Source: Octopus bimaculoides
Lineage: Eukaryota
Direction: 5' to 3'
NCBI RefSeq assembly: GCF_001194135.2
Contig: NC_068982.1
Location: forward strand, 104,259,799-104,294,715
Length of the DNA stretch: 34,917 bases
In this document: one piece after another, positions 1 through 12,188 of the stretch
How the letters are laid out: the number at the start of each line of letters is the position of its first letter
Position numbering within the stretch: the first letter of the stretch is position 1
The notes under the pieces: generated by a model
Told to the model about the DNA's origin: nothing
What the model saw: the letters and a program-made list of their open reading frames with translations, nothing else
Database searches by the model: none
Translations under genes and position numbers: made by a program

Positions 1-56
1 CATATATATTTATAAATATAATTAAGGGATCAGCAAATATTTGCTTCACCATATAC

Positions 57-109
57 CGAAGTTCAGAAATAGCAGCTAAAAACGCTGAGAATCCCACAGA
101 TAGCATCAC
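57..109 (-). CDS. Candidate 53-nt internal coding exon (VMLSVGFSAFLAAISELR), unknown product
   Basis: Strong minus-strand acceptor (ttttttcttcttgtttttgcctttgtgagttacag|GTG), donor CG|GTATAT, and one fully open frame. No homology recognised. The + strand frame 27-203 is also open, so strand is ambiguous. Confidence 0.35.
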
Positions 110-256
110 CTGTAACTCACAAAGGCAAAAACAAGAAGAAAAAACAATGAAAACTAACCAATTCCGATGTTTAACAGTAGACGCGTTTCTAGATCATGAT
201 TGATAATAATCAATTTCCTTCATCAGTACTGTATTCCAGTAGTAAATTTGACTATG

Positions 257-420
257 CTAGCAAACTGTGTAAGCATGGACTAGTAACATTCCACACTGAC
301 ACAGGTCTGAAAGCATAACCGAATCCACATCAAAGTAGGGCTTGAGACAGAAAATGGTAGAGAAACACTGGGTTTGATCCATCAACAGTCTGTATAATTG
401 AGTTGTGGAGTTAGAGTTAC
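257..420 (-). CDS. Candidate coding exon (NSNSTTQLYRLLMDQTQCFSTIFCLKPYFDVDSVMLSDLCQCGMLLVHAYTVC), unknown product
   Basis: Unique non-repeat sequence with acceptor-like ttgcatttatag| at 421 and a single open frame. Weak phase-0 donors (TCG|GTTATG, ACA|GTTTGC) would splice in frame to 57-109. Confidence 0.25.
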
Positions 421-1089
421 TATAAATGCAACTTATAGTAGCTCTAATTTCATCATTCACTTACTATAAAGATAAAATTCATGTTTAATCCTTTCGTTCA
501 TTCTTAGTCATGTGACTTTTAAAATGTTACAAGTTCATCTTGGTTACTAAATGAATTAACAAATTGTACTGTCTTGAAGATTACCTTTATATCATTTGAC
601 ACTTTCAGTTAGATGTAGTAACAGATAAATCTAATTTTGTTATTATTTTTGCATGGATTAATATCTTCTTGTTCTAGAATTCATTTTCTTCATTTCCACA
701 ATCTGCAGTCAATCTTTTCTTGAGTCTATCAAGAAAAGCTGCTCCTACATCAACTGTTTAACTTGACTTATTCATCATAATGTTAGTCAGGTATAAAGAG
801 TTATGGCTTTCTTTTGCATTGATAACTTGTTACTGCAGTTGTACAGTTTTTATTAAAAAGAACAAATATTAAAATTATTGTAGAACAGCTGTCGTTGTTC
901 TTCTTCCGATTAATAACTTCTGAGAATAGGACTACTGTTAGAATTATCGGCAACTTTAGAAATGGAAATTTAAAGGATTCAAATTTAAATTCGTTTATTT
1001 TCATTTTTGTTTGTCTGGTTATTTATGAGAGAAACTTTATACTGTATTTAGAATAAATAAACAGGCTAAAACATAATTATAAGTTCTTT

Positions 1090-1287
1090 AAGATAAAATG
1101 TCAAAATATAAAGTAAAATTTTGGAATTTTCTGAAAAACATTAGGATGTAGAGATTTCCCAAATATTATTTCAATGGAAAATATTTCCCACCTATTTTTT
1201 AATTGAAAATTTGATGATTTCATATTTTCTGGACAAGATGCAGTATATTTTGGCCAGAGATGGTCGGTTTGAATGCTAAAGGGTTAA
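1090..1287. mobile_element. Partial piggyBac-like MITE end
   Basis: Ends in gaatgctaaagggTTAA (CCC-start TIR next to TTAA). No partner TIR found. Confidence 0.4.
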
Positions 1288-2194
1288 ACTAGAATATGAT
1301 ATTTTTTGGCTCCTGACACATCCACAGAATCCATTCTTTAAATCTTAGCAGACCCAAAACGAATAGCTGTCTGTGCAAAAGAGATTCCATCTATAACTCA
1401 CAGGAACAGCAAAAATTGCAAATATGTTGAAGTATTAACAGAAAAAGCCACTATCATTTTTTTTTTATTTAGCAGCTTTTGAAATGACTTTCACTTTACT
1501 AATAAACATGTTTAGTATCATCATCAATTCAACAGCCACTTATCCCTACTTGAATGATTTAGATGTATTGGCTGTAACATATGTCGAAATTATTTCCATC
1601 TTTCATCATCCCAACTATGATGCCCAACATCATGAGATTTAGCCTTGTCATTTCTTAACATGTCTTCTTCACTTTACCTTGTCTATATACTCCCTCTGTT
1701 GATAGCACACAGCACTGTTTCACCCGGCATTTATAGTTGAATCAACATCATCTGTTGTTTACATCAGCTGACATCTTGAATACCTAGCTGTTCTTTCAGA
1801 TCATTTGTACTCTAGTTTTCATGCAAGTCAACGTGACATATTCAATATATGCTACCTGACATATTTCTCTCCACCAATCCCAGATCATCTAATTAAATGC
1901 CCGAGTTACTTTTTATTTCTTATGCCTTTTTCTTATCTTTTTTTTTTGTTATTTATGACTGTTGTTTATCCTAGGTCAGACTTGATTGTGTAGATATTTA
2001 ATCAAAAGCTCTCAATCCATGACTATCCAATCTTTTTGAGGCATTGTGTACATCAAACTACATTAGCTAATGTGTTCTATGTTGTGATTGGGAGTTGGTA
2101 GACAAAAACTGTGCAGGAGCCAATCATATATACAGTTACGTATGTGTGTCAGATCCACTGAAGTATATTGGCATGCAATATAAGCAGTAGTGAG

Positions 2195-2412
2195 GATTTG
2201 AGCTCACAGAATCATTAGCATGCCAGGCAAAAAGCTTAGTGGCATTTCATCTGTCTCTACGTTCTGAGTTCAAATTCCGCTGAGGTTGACTTTGCCTTTC
2301 ATCCCTTCAGAGTTGATAAAATAAGTATCTGTTGATCACTGGGGTTGATGTAATTAACTTATCCCATCCCCCAAAATTGCTGGCCTTGTGCCGACAATAT
2401 GAAACCAATATT
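2195..2412 (+). mobile_element. SINE family A with 12-bp TSD
   Basis: Shared body (gttctgagttcaaattcc...gactttgcctttcatcc...gataaaataagta). Perfect flanking direct repeat agcagtagtgag at 2183-2194 and 2413-2424. Confidence 0.9.
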
Positions 2413-3401
2413 AGCAGTAGTGAGTAAACCTACAAACAGTGCTTTGCAAGCAAAGTTCCTTTCATCAGGTTAGATGCTCCCTTGTCACTCTCACCACTAA
2501 AACAACATAGCAAATCAGTGTTTAATTGCTGGCAGTAGTGTAGCTAGAGGAGGATGAGTTGAGATGGCAGTTTGTCTTGACACTTTCATGGGGACAGCAC
2601 TTTTGTGTTTGCTGTATAAGTTTGTATAGGTTTGGTGGATGGTAGCAGGTGGCAATCTCTAGAGCTACCCTGGATGGCACACACTCTTGCTATACCATTT
2701 AACTGTTGGAAGCTTATAATCAACAACACTATCACACACAAATTAAGACACAAAAGAAATAAACCTCTTGTTCTTGGTTTCTCTTCTAAACATCTTGTTT
2801 CTCTCCTAACTTCCTGATATCACTCTTTGATGTTTCACTTGTCCACTTCTGTCCACTTTTAAGTAGACAAATGTTTAGCTCTTATAGCCTAACAACTCTT
2901 TTCCTCTATCCCATTGTCACCTCTACAATGGTTTCATTGAACCAGTTCTTTTGATCATCCTTCATCTTATTTATGAGATTCCATCACAGCTATTTCTTGT
3001 TTCTTATTACTGATAACCTCTAAATAAATTTGGAGAATGACACTTATATCTGAAAGTTTATATATTATTCAGTCTAAATGTAGCTTAATATAGCTAAGTG
3101 CTGGTGGCCTGACCAGTACTAAGTTATATGTTCCACTCCTGATAAAATAAAATCATGCTATTTTCAATAAACAAGAGAAATTGAAAACATTGTCTTGATG
3201 ACACCTGCTTTGCTTGGTATATTTGCACTGCTTATCTTCTTATAGAATTAATGCAAATCACAAGCATACCATAAACTAATAGTAAATTGTATAACACTAA
3301 AGATAGATCCTTAACCAGACAAGCTAATTGGGCATTAGAAATAATTAAATAACAAATAGCACAGATAAAATGGATATAAATCAACTAATACCCACTTATC
3401 A

Positions 3402-3537
<136 letters not shown>

Positions 3538-3545
3538 ATTAGAAA

Positions 3546-3763
3546 GGTGGTGAGCTGACTGAATTGTTAGCACAGAGGGTAAAATGCTTACTGGCATTTT
3601 GCCCATCTGTATTTTCTGAGTTCAAATTCTGCTGAGGTCGACTTTGCCTCTCATCCTTTTAGGTTTTATAAAATAAGTACCAATCAAGTACTGGACTTGA
3701 TTGTAATTGACTATACTTTTCCCTAAAATTTCAGGTCATATTCCTACATTAGAAAGGATTATT
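3546..3763 (+). mobile_element. SINE family A with 12-bp TSD
   Basis: Family A body flanked by atacattagaaa at 3534-3545 and 3764-3775. Confidence 0.85.
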
Positions 3764-3775
3764 ATACATTAGAAA

Positions 3776-4258
3776 TTATTACTATTATTATTATTATCAT
3801 CTTAATTCAGGACTGGTCTTAAATCCTGGTAGAATTTATGTGGGTAGCAGCTTATTCTCTGTAATCGTAGTTATCAACATGATCTCAATAAGCCATCAAG
3901 TGCTCAAAACCAAATGAAGATTTTTCCTGAGGCAAAACATCTATAGAAACCCTACAAGCATTCCATTCTAATCTCCTTTATCCATTTCATCACTCACAAT
4001 CCCTAATCACAGGTACAATCTTTACAGATTTCATGTTCCAAATCCTCTCATATTTTTCAACTTTACTTCTGCTTTATTCACAATCCTAGTGTCAAAAGGA
4101 CATGATGGATAAATCAGTTAGCAAATTCGATTTTTCTTGTCTATTATTGTAATATCTGGCTTGTTATGTTTCATCTTCTTATCCATATGAATGGGAACAT
4201 CCCACAATATGTAGCATGTTTCCAACTCAAGTACTCTTTCTACCTGATGATTGTACTA
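3776..4258 (-). mobile_element. Degraded R4/Dong-like non-LTR retrotransposon 3' fragment (restriction-like endonuclease)
   Basis: Manual translation from 4255 down: YNHQVERVLELETCYILWDVPIHMDKKMKHNKPDITIIDKKNRIC*LIYPSCPFDTRIVNKAEVKLK, then after a frameshift RIWNMKSVKIVPVI. This matches the RLE pattern W-H-P...ILWD...PD(I)(V)IIDK...RLW...VPV. Ends in a TAA-rich tail. Confidence 0.8.
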
Positions 4259-4296
4259 TGTACTTTCTGCTGCAAACCATCATCATCATCATTATT

Positions 4297-4420
4297 GAGG
4301 TCAACTTTGCCTGTCATCCTTTCAGGGTCGATAAAATAAGTACCAGTTGAGCATTGGGTTGATGTAATTGGCTTACCCCCACCCCCTCACTTGCTGGCCT
4401 TGTGCCAAAATTTGAAACCC

Positions 4421-4455
<35 letters not shown>

Positions 4456-4456
4456 T
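4297..4456 (+). mobile_element. 5'-truncated SINE family A with (ATT)n tail
   Basis: gaggtcaactttgcctgtcatcctttcagggtcgataaaataagtaccag...gccttgtgccaaaatttgaaacc followed by (ATT)n. Confidence 0.85.
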
Positions 4457-4457
4457 T

Positions 4458-4650
4458 GGTGGGCTGGCAGATAGATTTGTTAGAGTATCAGTCAAAATTC
4501 TTTGCAGAATTTGTTCTGGCTTCTTCTTTATGTTCTGAGTTCAAATCTTACTGAGGTTAACATAGCTTTTCAGGATTTCATGGGCCAATAAAATAAATTA
4601 CTAGTAATGTTCTAAAGTCAATTTAATCAACTAAACCCTCTCCAAGGTAT
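4458..4650 (+). mobile_element. Diverged family A-like SINE
   Basis: ggtgggctggcag head and gttctgagttcaaatc box, directly after the preceding (ATT)n tail. Confidence 0.7.
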
Positions 4651-6045
4651 GAGACCTTGTTCTTACATAACAAACTATTATTATTTCGGTTGCTAAAGTT
4701 ACTTTTGTTGCAGCCATTTATTTTCACAGTTCAGAACATTAAGCATTCAACTGTGAAATCTGTTTTGCCTGATGGGAAAACTGAAGCAAATGTAACTTTC
4801 CTATCAGAAGTTCAACATTTTCACGACCATATTTCTCACAAATACTCTACTTGTATGCTTCAATTTCTTATGAAAATAATCAAGCATTTGAAGGATTTAT
4901 TAGAATAACCAACTTTGTTATTTATTAAATTTGTATTAAAATTAGATCCTTTATCAGATCAGCTAATTAGAAATAAATACCAATTAGCACAAATAAAATG
5001 TATATAAATCAACAACTGTCTATCTGGTCTGTTGTTATTCAAAATTTAACAAAAAGGTTCATACATTAGATTATGGTAACAGGTTTTAATTTAAATATGA
5101 ACATTTCATAATGAAAGGATTTTTATCATGGATCCAGTGGTAGTTTCAGGTAGGTTGTTGGTATTCAAATGGTCAAGGTTGCTTCCATTGTGATTCATGG
5201 TGATAAAGCATGATGGCAGCAAATGAACTTAGAATGAAACAATTATTAGAAAGTGGTGGTACTGTTATTGAATAGGGGTCGGTCAATGCTTCTCAAGTAT
5301 TCTTTTGACATGTAGTTAGCTAATCAGATATTTACAAACAGTCCAAATGTTCACATCTCAGGTATGACTACTGTTAAAAGTATGGTCTAATGATACCAAA
5401 ACATGTAGAGTTGTCACAGGACTTCTGTCTCACCCCACCCACTATATACCCACATTTATTTAAATTCTGGAGTTGCCTCCCCTGAATTAAGCTCACTCTG
5501 GATATTATTTTAAGATTTCTTAGTTTATTACATTAAGTATATTAAGTACATATTTTTGCTAATTAATCTAAGTTTTGTGATTGAATTTTAAACTAAGCTC
5601 ATTTTTCTAACCTTTGCTTTGTTTCAAATGATATTGGTTAGACCTGCCAGAAATCAAGATTCTCATTAATATAGCTTTTTGAGTTTAAAGATCATTCACT
5701 TGAGTCCTACAATGTATAAAATGATAATTCCAAATGGTTTTAGATATTAATTACTCTTACATTTTGTGCTGTTCTCAAATTATGATCATTGGTGTAATAT
5801 CTAAGTGATTTTACTTAAACAATTCCTCACAAATTCCAAGCTTGTTTCATATGACATTTGATATGTCAGTCATATGTTGGTATAACTGCCAAAATATTCT
5901 GTATGTGTCTTTGGTTCTTTCAGCACAATCTAGAACTGTAGGCTTGTGTCATCACATCACTGAGACGCATGCAGAACTGTTTATTTTAAGTATGATGTAA
6001 TATGATAGTGTAGTTGAGCTAGAGACAGAAAATGTATTATAACCT

Positions 6046-6165
6046 TCTCTGCAGCTTCTTTCATATGTATGTTGCGTTTGTGTTTTGTTTTCATAATTAT
6101 CTTTGACTACTTTGACTGTCTCTGCTTCCATCAGATTTATTTGTTTATTGTTTTGCAATCTTCTA
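6046..6165 (-). CDS. Weak candidate exon (RRLQNNKQINLMEAETVKVVKDNYENKTQTQHTYERSCRE)
   Basis: Acceptor tttcctttgtttacattcag|, possible donor AAG|GTTATA, open frame. A-rich composition lowers the chance of stops, so this may be spurious. Confidence 0.2.
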
Positions 6166-6831
6166 CTGAATGTAAACAAAGGAAATATAAAATTAATGAT
6201 TGGAATCACACACAGGAAAAAGAAAATAGGCAATATATTTATAATTTATTCCCCACCAACATGCACTTACATACCCTCCCAGAACTATTTTACCTTGAAA
6301 ATTTGCTATTCCTAATTACCTGTTACCTGTCAGTTCTTTTGTGAAACTTACAACTTTTCTTTTTTTTCTTTTTTTCTTATTCCCCATTCCTCGTTTTCAG
6401 ACAGATATTTCTATGTTTGTTATTAATGCTACAAATATTATACTAAACTATGTGGAATTGTGGTTTCATATAATGTTTATGTCAAGATTTCAAATGATGT
6501 AATTTCTCTGGTGCCATGTGGTAAACAAAGTATTCATATCAAATAGCGAGTTAGATCAACTGTCAGAGAGAAAACATTAATTACCCACTGGTTAAATACA
6601 ATTGCAAAGATCATAATGTTTGATAGGAAATTTCATTCTTTTCAAGAATGCAGAAAATTTGGATATTTATTTACATAGTAATTAATATTAAAACTTGTCA
6701 TAGTGACTTGTCTTTATTAGGCACCTAATTTTGTTGATACTGATGGAATTGAACTTGGCAGTGTTTTAACATGGTCTCATATTCATTAAGATTTGTTTTC
6801 AGTCTCCCCACCCATTTTAGTATATATAATG

Positions 6832-6960
6832 TTAGTGAACTGGCAGTCGTTGGACTATTGGATGGAATGCCTTGCAGTGTTCATTCTAGTTCCTTGCATT
6901 CTAGGTTCAAATCCTTCTGATGTCAATCATGCCTTTCAGGTTTCTGGAAGTGATGAATAA
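6832..6960 (+). mobile_element. Old family A-like SINE fragment
   Basis: gtgaactggcag head and ggttcaaatcc B-box-like motif; highly diverged. Confidence 0.5.
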
Positions 6961-7090
6961 TGTGTCTGTGAGGCATTGGTGTGTGTGTGTGAAGAATTCA
7001 CATCTTTCTCTCTCTCTCTCATCAGAAGAATCAGAGTGGCCCAGTCACTGTTTCCCTTTCTCCAGCAATGGAGAATACTAACGATATACA

Positions 7091-7230
7091 GGTGCAGGTA
7101 TGGCTGAGTAGTTAAAAGATTCACTTCCCAACCATGAGTTCAGGCTCAGTCCTACTAAGTGGCATCTTGGACAGGTGGCTTCTACAACAGCCTTGTGAGT
7201 GAATTTAGAAGATGGAGTCTGAAAGAAGTA
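7091..7230 (+). mobile_element. SINE family B 5' part
   Basis: ggtgcaggtatggctgagtagtt A-box-like head, CORE-like ggcatcttggacagg, and gccttgtgagtgaattt...gaaagaag. Confidence 0.75.
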
Positions 7231-7411
7231 CATCATTATATATATATTTCTTTATTTCTATTTCTCTGTAAACATGTTTTCAGTTTTAATCACTCTTCAG
7301 TAATGAGCTATCTTGAAAAGTCCTTGATATTCAGCATGTTAAACATCTCTTAATGGGGGATATTAAATCATTTTGATGATTTCCTTTTATTACAAACACA
7401 TGATAACTTAC

Positions 7412-7536
<125 letters not shown>

Positions 7537-8080
7537 TCACTTTGCTTTCTCTCTTACTCTTTCTCTGCTCATTTAACCATTTTATGTTCATTTCTCCTTT
7601 TATTTCTCTCTCTGCTTTCTCCATCTTGCTTTATCTCAATAGAAATGTGACTCATATAGAGGGATGTGTGACACCTCAAAGGGATTCTCATCAGCCAACA
7701 GAGATGGGACAGCTATATTGTTTTATTTCCTTGAAATAAAAACAATATAGGACAGACTATCTTAAAATACCTTTTCTCTGTAACTAGTGCTACAAGGAAC
7801 ATACACTCACAAGAATTAATCATATGAAAGTGAAAATAGTATTCTGCTATTGCCAAATATATTAACAAGATTATGGGTTGTTGTGGTTTGATCCACCCTC
7901 ATTAAACATTTAAGAAATCTCAATGTATTTATTTGCACATTACCTTATGTTAATGAAGGTACAATGGGAGGTAAGAGAAAGGAAATAGTAAAGATGTTGA
8001 AATGTGTAACTTGATGTGTGAAACAGAAAGAAGCAGAAATTGTTTAGAAGAAAACTGATAGAATTTTTTCTAAATAATAG

Positions 8081-8244
8081 TGGATTCAAATTCTGGCTGT
8101 TCAATTGGTACTTATTTTATTGTCCCTTAAAGACTGAAAAACAGAGTTGACCTTTGCAGAATTTAAACTCAGAATGTAAAGAGCTGGAAGAAATGTCATT
8201 AAGCATTTTTATCCAATGTGCTAACAATTCTGCCAGTTCACCAC
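8081..8244 (-). mobile_element. SINE family A, diverged
   Basis: Reverse complement of the A body: ggtacttattttat...agaatttaaactcagaa...gctaacaattctgccagttcacc. Confidence 0.8.
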
Positions 8245-8616
8245 TGTCTTTTAAGTACCATATTTGATGGCATATAAGATGAAATTTTATTTCCCTCAAA
8301 AAATCACCCTAGGTCTTTATATGCAAAGATGATTATATCACATGCTTTAATGGACTAAAAGCATTTTTTTTTTTAATATGTGCTGCTGAAATTGGGGTGC
8401 ATCTAACATACCTGTGTCTTTTACACCTTCAAACATAGTAAGTAATAATGCTGAAACTGAGAGTGTATTATTTTACTGGTTGAATCAATGAATTACAGCT
8501 ATGATGAGGCATCATCTCCAAGGGTTTATAGCAGCTGTGCATAAAGGAAAGCAACTAAGATAAATGCAAACATCATAAACTATAACCCTTAAGTCATCCG
8601 GCACTGGTATACACCT

Positions 8617-9190
8617 GTCGTCATCATTATTATAATGTCCACAAGGCAGCAAGCTGGCAGAATCGTTAGCACACCGAGCAAAATGCTTAGCGGTATTTTG
8701 TCTGTCTTTATGTTCTGAAATCAAATTCTACCGAGGTCGACTTTTCCTTTCATCCTTTCAGGGTCAATAAATTAAGTATCAGTTGCATGCTGGGGTTGAT
8801 CTAATTGACTGCCTCCCGCCCCCAAAAAATTTCGGGCCTTGTGCCTAGAGTAGAAGAGATTATTATAATGTCCATTTTCTATACTTGCATGGGTCAGATA
8901 GAATTTCTTGAGGTGGATTTTCTACAGCTGGATACTCTCTCTGCTGCCAACCATCACCTGTTTCCAAGCAAGTTAATAGTTCCCCATTGGAAGACATGTT
9001 TTCAAGGAAGATTGGAAACAAGCACCATCACTTGTTACACAGTGATGTTCATTTTATAACCATTGTGCAATGTCAAAGTAATGAACCCCCTTCCATACAC
9101 ACACACATATGCATTAATACATGTATATGTATCTTTCAGTTTCCATATATCAATTTAATTTGCAGGGCTTTCGTTGGCCTAGGGCTATAT
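8617..9190 (-). mobile_element. SINE family C, interrupted by the A copy at 8642-8858
   Basis: Tail gtcgtcatcattat..aatgtcca|ttttctatacttgcatgggtcaga continues across the TSD. Body matches 14941-15324. Confidence 0.7.
8642..8858 (+). mobile_element. Full-length SINE family A with 16-bp TSD, nested in the tail of a family C element
   Basis: TSD attattataatgtcca at 8626-8641 and 8859-8874; close to the family consensus. Confidence 0.92.
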
Positions 9191-9204
9191 ATGTATGTGT
9201 ATAT

Positions 9205-9465
9205 GTATATGTGTGTGTGTCTGTCTAAGCCCTTCTCATGACATCATGTGATGAATGTAAATGAACATCACAGTCATACAAGTGGCATTGTTTATTTCCA
9301 GTCTTACATGAAAAACGTGTCTGGCCATGAGAAAATATTAACCATGCTTGAAACCAAGTGAGGGTTGGCAACAGGACGCATATCCAAATGTAGAAAATCT
9401 TCCTTAACAAGCTCCATCTAAGCCATACAAACATAAAAAGTGGATGTTAAGCAACAATAACGATG
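9205..9465 (+). mobile_element. SINE family C 3' half
   Basis: Inverted homologue of 8875-9075 (aaatgaacatcac...gtctggccatg...tggatgttaa). Confidence 0.75.
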
Positions 9466-9677
9466 TTCATTTGTGAAAAGTGGCACAGACAGACAACAAA
9501 AAAGCTTACAGGAGAAATGAAAACATCTAAGACTTATACATCAAAATTTGTATGGTTTCCGTTTGTCAAGGGGTAATTCCATTTGTACTGTTTTCATTTC
9601 TCCTGTAAATTTCCTTGTCTAACCATGCCACTGTTTTCTATATTATTTCTAATCAATATTTATACATACATACAAAT

Positions 9678-9828
9678 AGCTTTCACACAGTTCCCATCTA
9701 TCAAATTTTAATCATTTTCTTTTGATTGACTCATGGCTAAGCTAGAAGACACATGTTAAATTGCTGTGCAGTGGAATTGAACCTGAAATCATGTGGTTGC
9801 AAAATAAACTACTTAGACTACTTAACCA
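9678..9828 (-). mobile_element. SINE family B/C 5' part
   Basis: agaagacacatg...gtggaattgaacctgaaatcatgtggttgc is the reverse complement of the B head. Confidence 0.7.
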
Positions 9829-12054
9829 TTTCTATTTTTAACACAGAGAGAGAGAAGCAGATGGATAAACTTGCACTGAATGCTACATGCTTAGCAGCAT
9901 GAAAGCTACTGTAATCCCTACATACACCACTTTCTGCATTCAGTTATTGCAATTTGGAGCAATTGGTTTTCCATGCTTGTCAATCAAAATATGAAACAAA
10001 TTTCTAGAATCTGCAATCAGCACTGTCTCAGTATTCTGGCGACCAAAACACAAGCTTTCAAAGGCAGAGTGCACAGATACATCTTATCTTGTTACTCTCA
10101 TCATTAAGAATACAGTGAACCAGTGATTGACCCATTGGCTCCTGTTGAGCTAAATATCAAGTAACACTATTCTTCTCAAAATGTCAGATTATCAGAGAAC
10201 TGGTGGGGAACTAGTTCTATGAACCCTTATTGAACATTATCTCCAGAGTAGATTTGGTCGCAACCGAGCTGCACTGTCAGTATTTTTGTTTTGTCCCTCA
10301 CACACAAGGACTTGAACTCAGCAATGTAAGTAAATGAAGTAGTTGTTAATTATACTGTGTTCTTCTTGCTAGCATGTGGTACCTATTTACAACCAAACAG
10401 TGTTATTAAGATTTAAGTGACTTGTTTAGACACAGTGCAATACTGGTCATAGGATAACAACTTGTTGATCGTTTAGCATGAAGTGACACATTAAATTTCA
10501 TCCAATTCTTGTTCTTAAAAAGAATTTCCCTAATCTTATCTAAAGATCTTAGCACTGAGACTGGTTTGTTGTACCAAGTTACTAGGAAGGAAAAGCTTAA
10601 GGCTTGTAAAATTCTGTGATAAAAATAATATCACCGTATATAAAACTAAAGAAAACTACTCAAATTTTTGATGGATGCCAATTTGAAATTTGTAACTGTT
10701 ATGCCACTTGCCATTCTTAAGCATACTATAACCTATATGATTATAATGACTCCAGGCACAAATGAAATTTAGGTTCGAAACATAGATTTCCAGGAGTAAG
10801 CTTATATTCTTTCTATAAATCAAAGTGAATCAGTAGAATCCAAGGGAACTTAAATAGTGAAGGTTTGTGTCAGCAAAGAGTAAATACAAAAAGTTAATTA
10901 TATGGAATAAGTTATTTTGTTGTGAAGAAGGAAAGAAGTCTAGCCTTTGGAGAGAAGATTTCTACCTGAAGTGTTAGACCTCTCCTTTTATCAACAAAAT
11001 AGTTTGTTTTACTTTGCAAACTTTTTATACTCTATAGAGCTTGTTATTTCTTTCTTATACTAACTAGATGATGTATTGACTCTCCAACAAATAAAGCCTT
11101 GTAAGATTTACTGCATATATTGTATTGTGACTCTCGATATGGAACATAATATTCCTTGGGTAAAGCCTTTCATTAGAAGTCCAATGTTTTAACTATTATT
11201 ATTTGGTTTATAAATCCTACTGATGTTCAGCACTGTGGGAAAAGGAAGCACAATGTTTTGATATTCATATCCTTTTAAATGAGATTATAATATATAATCT
11301 GATAGATGTCAACAACAAATTGAAACTGATTCAATTATTTTTCCAATGCTCTTGTGGGGAAAAATGCACAAGTATAACCACATCCTGTAATAACTTCTTC
11401 GTGAATTTGAAATCTTTAAAAAAAAAAAATCATTATGATTATATCAATATTCTATTTGATGTTTCTATAGTAAGCCATATCACTTTAATTTTGATTTTCT
11501 TGCTGTAGCTTTGCTATTGTTTGTTTTCTCCATTTAATTCATATATATATATTTTCACAATAGGTTTTAGATCTATCAGTATTATTAGTTTTGCTTGTAT
11601 GTGAAAGTAATCTTCATTGAAGCAATATACAGCTTTTTTCCTCTGCAGTTGGGCTGCTTGCTTTCAGGCCATTTCTATAAACAAAAGCAGTAAGGCACTA
11701 AAGTAATTGGTTAAAAACAAAATAAACAAATTTAGATAAAAAAAAAAAAACTAAAATAAATAACTAGAGCACAACATAATGAAAGAAACCACTTAGAAAG
11801 TAAGAATTTATTGTGATAAATATAAAAGTGTTTGCTCTTAGTATAAAGCTTCTAAAGGGTTTATGGACAAGTTCTGACCTCTAAATCATAGTTATGATAA
11901 AAGAAATACAACTGAGATGCTTTACTGACAATATATAATAACTGTCAATCTGTGCCGGCATAACAATATGCAGCAACATTAGTATCAGCAGCATCGGTAT
12001 CTGTTGAAAATCAGCTCTTTTCAAACTGGTATTACGTTAAGCTGAAAGAAAACT

Positions 12055-12126
12055 AATAATAACATCAATAATAATGATGATAACAATAATAATAGCAGTA
12101 GTAGTAGTAGTGATGATGATGATCAC

Positions 12127-12169
<43 letters not shown>

Positions 12170-12188
12170 GCAATAATAATAATAATAA
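12055..12188. repeat. Compound trinucleotide microsatellite (AAT/AGT/GAT)
   Basis: Read directly. Confidence 0.9.

Noticed and set aside
2440-2470. Other CTGATGA motifs (minus strand near 2462 and 7689, plus strand at 4245 and 32742)
   Set aside because: None has a properly placed helix II plus GAAA, so they are not called hammerheads.
2780-3010. Purine-biased minus-strand tract resembling old RTE ORF2
   Set aside because: Too decayed to translate into a supporting motif.
6400-6520. Strong + strand polypyrimidine acceptor at 6400
   Set aside because: All frames stop before the best donor, and no homology was recognised.
10000-10330. GC-richer segment with a GTAAGT donor and partly open frames
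   Set aside because: Poor acceptor and stops on both strands; more likely decayed LINE sequence, but I could not assign it.
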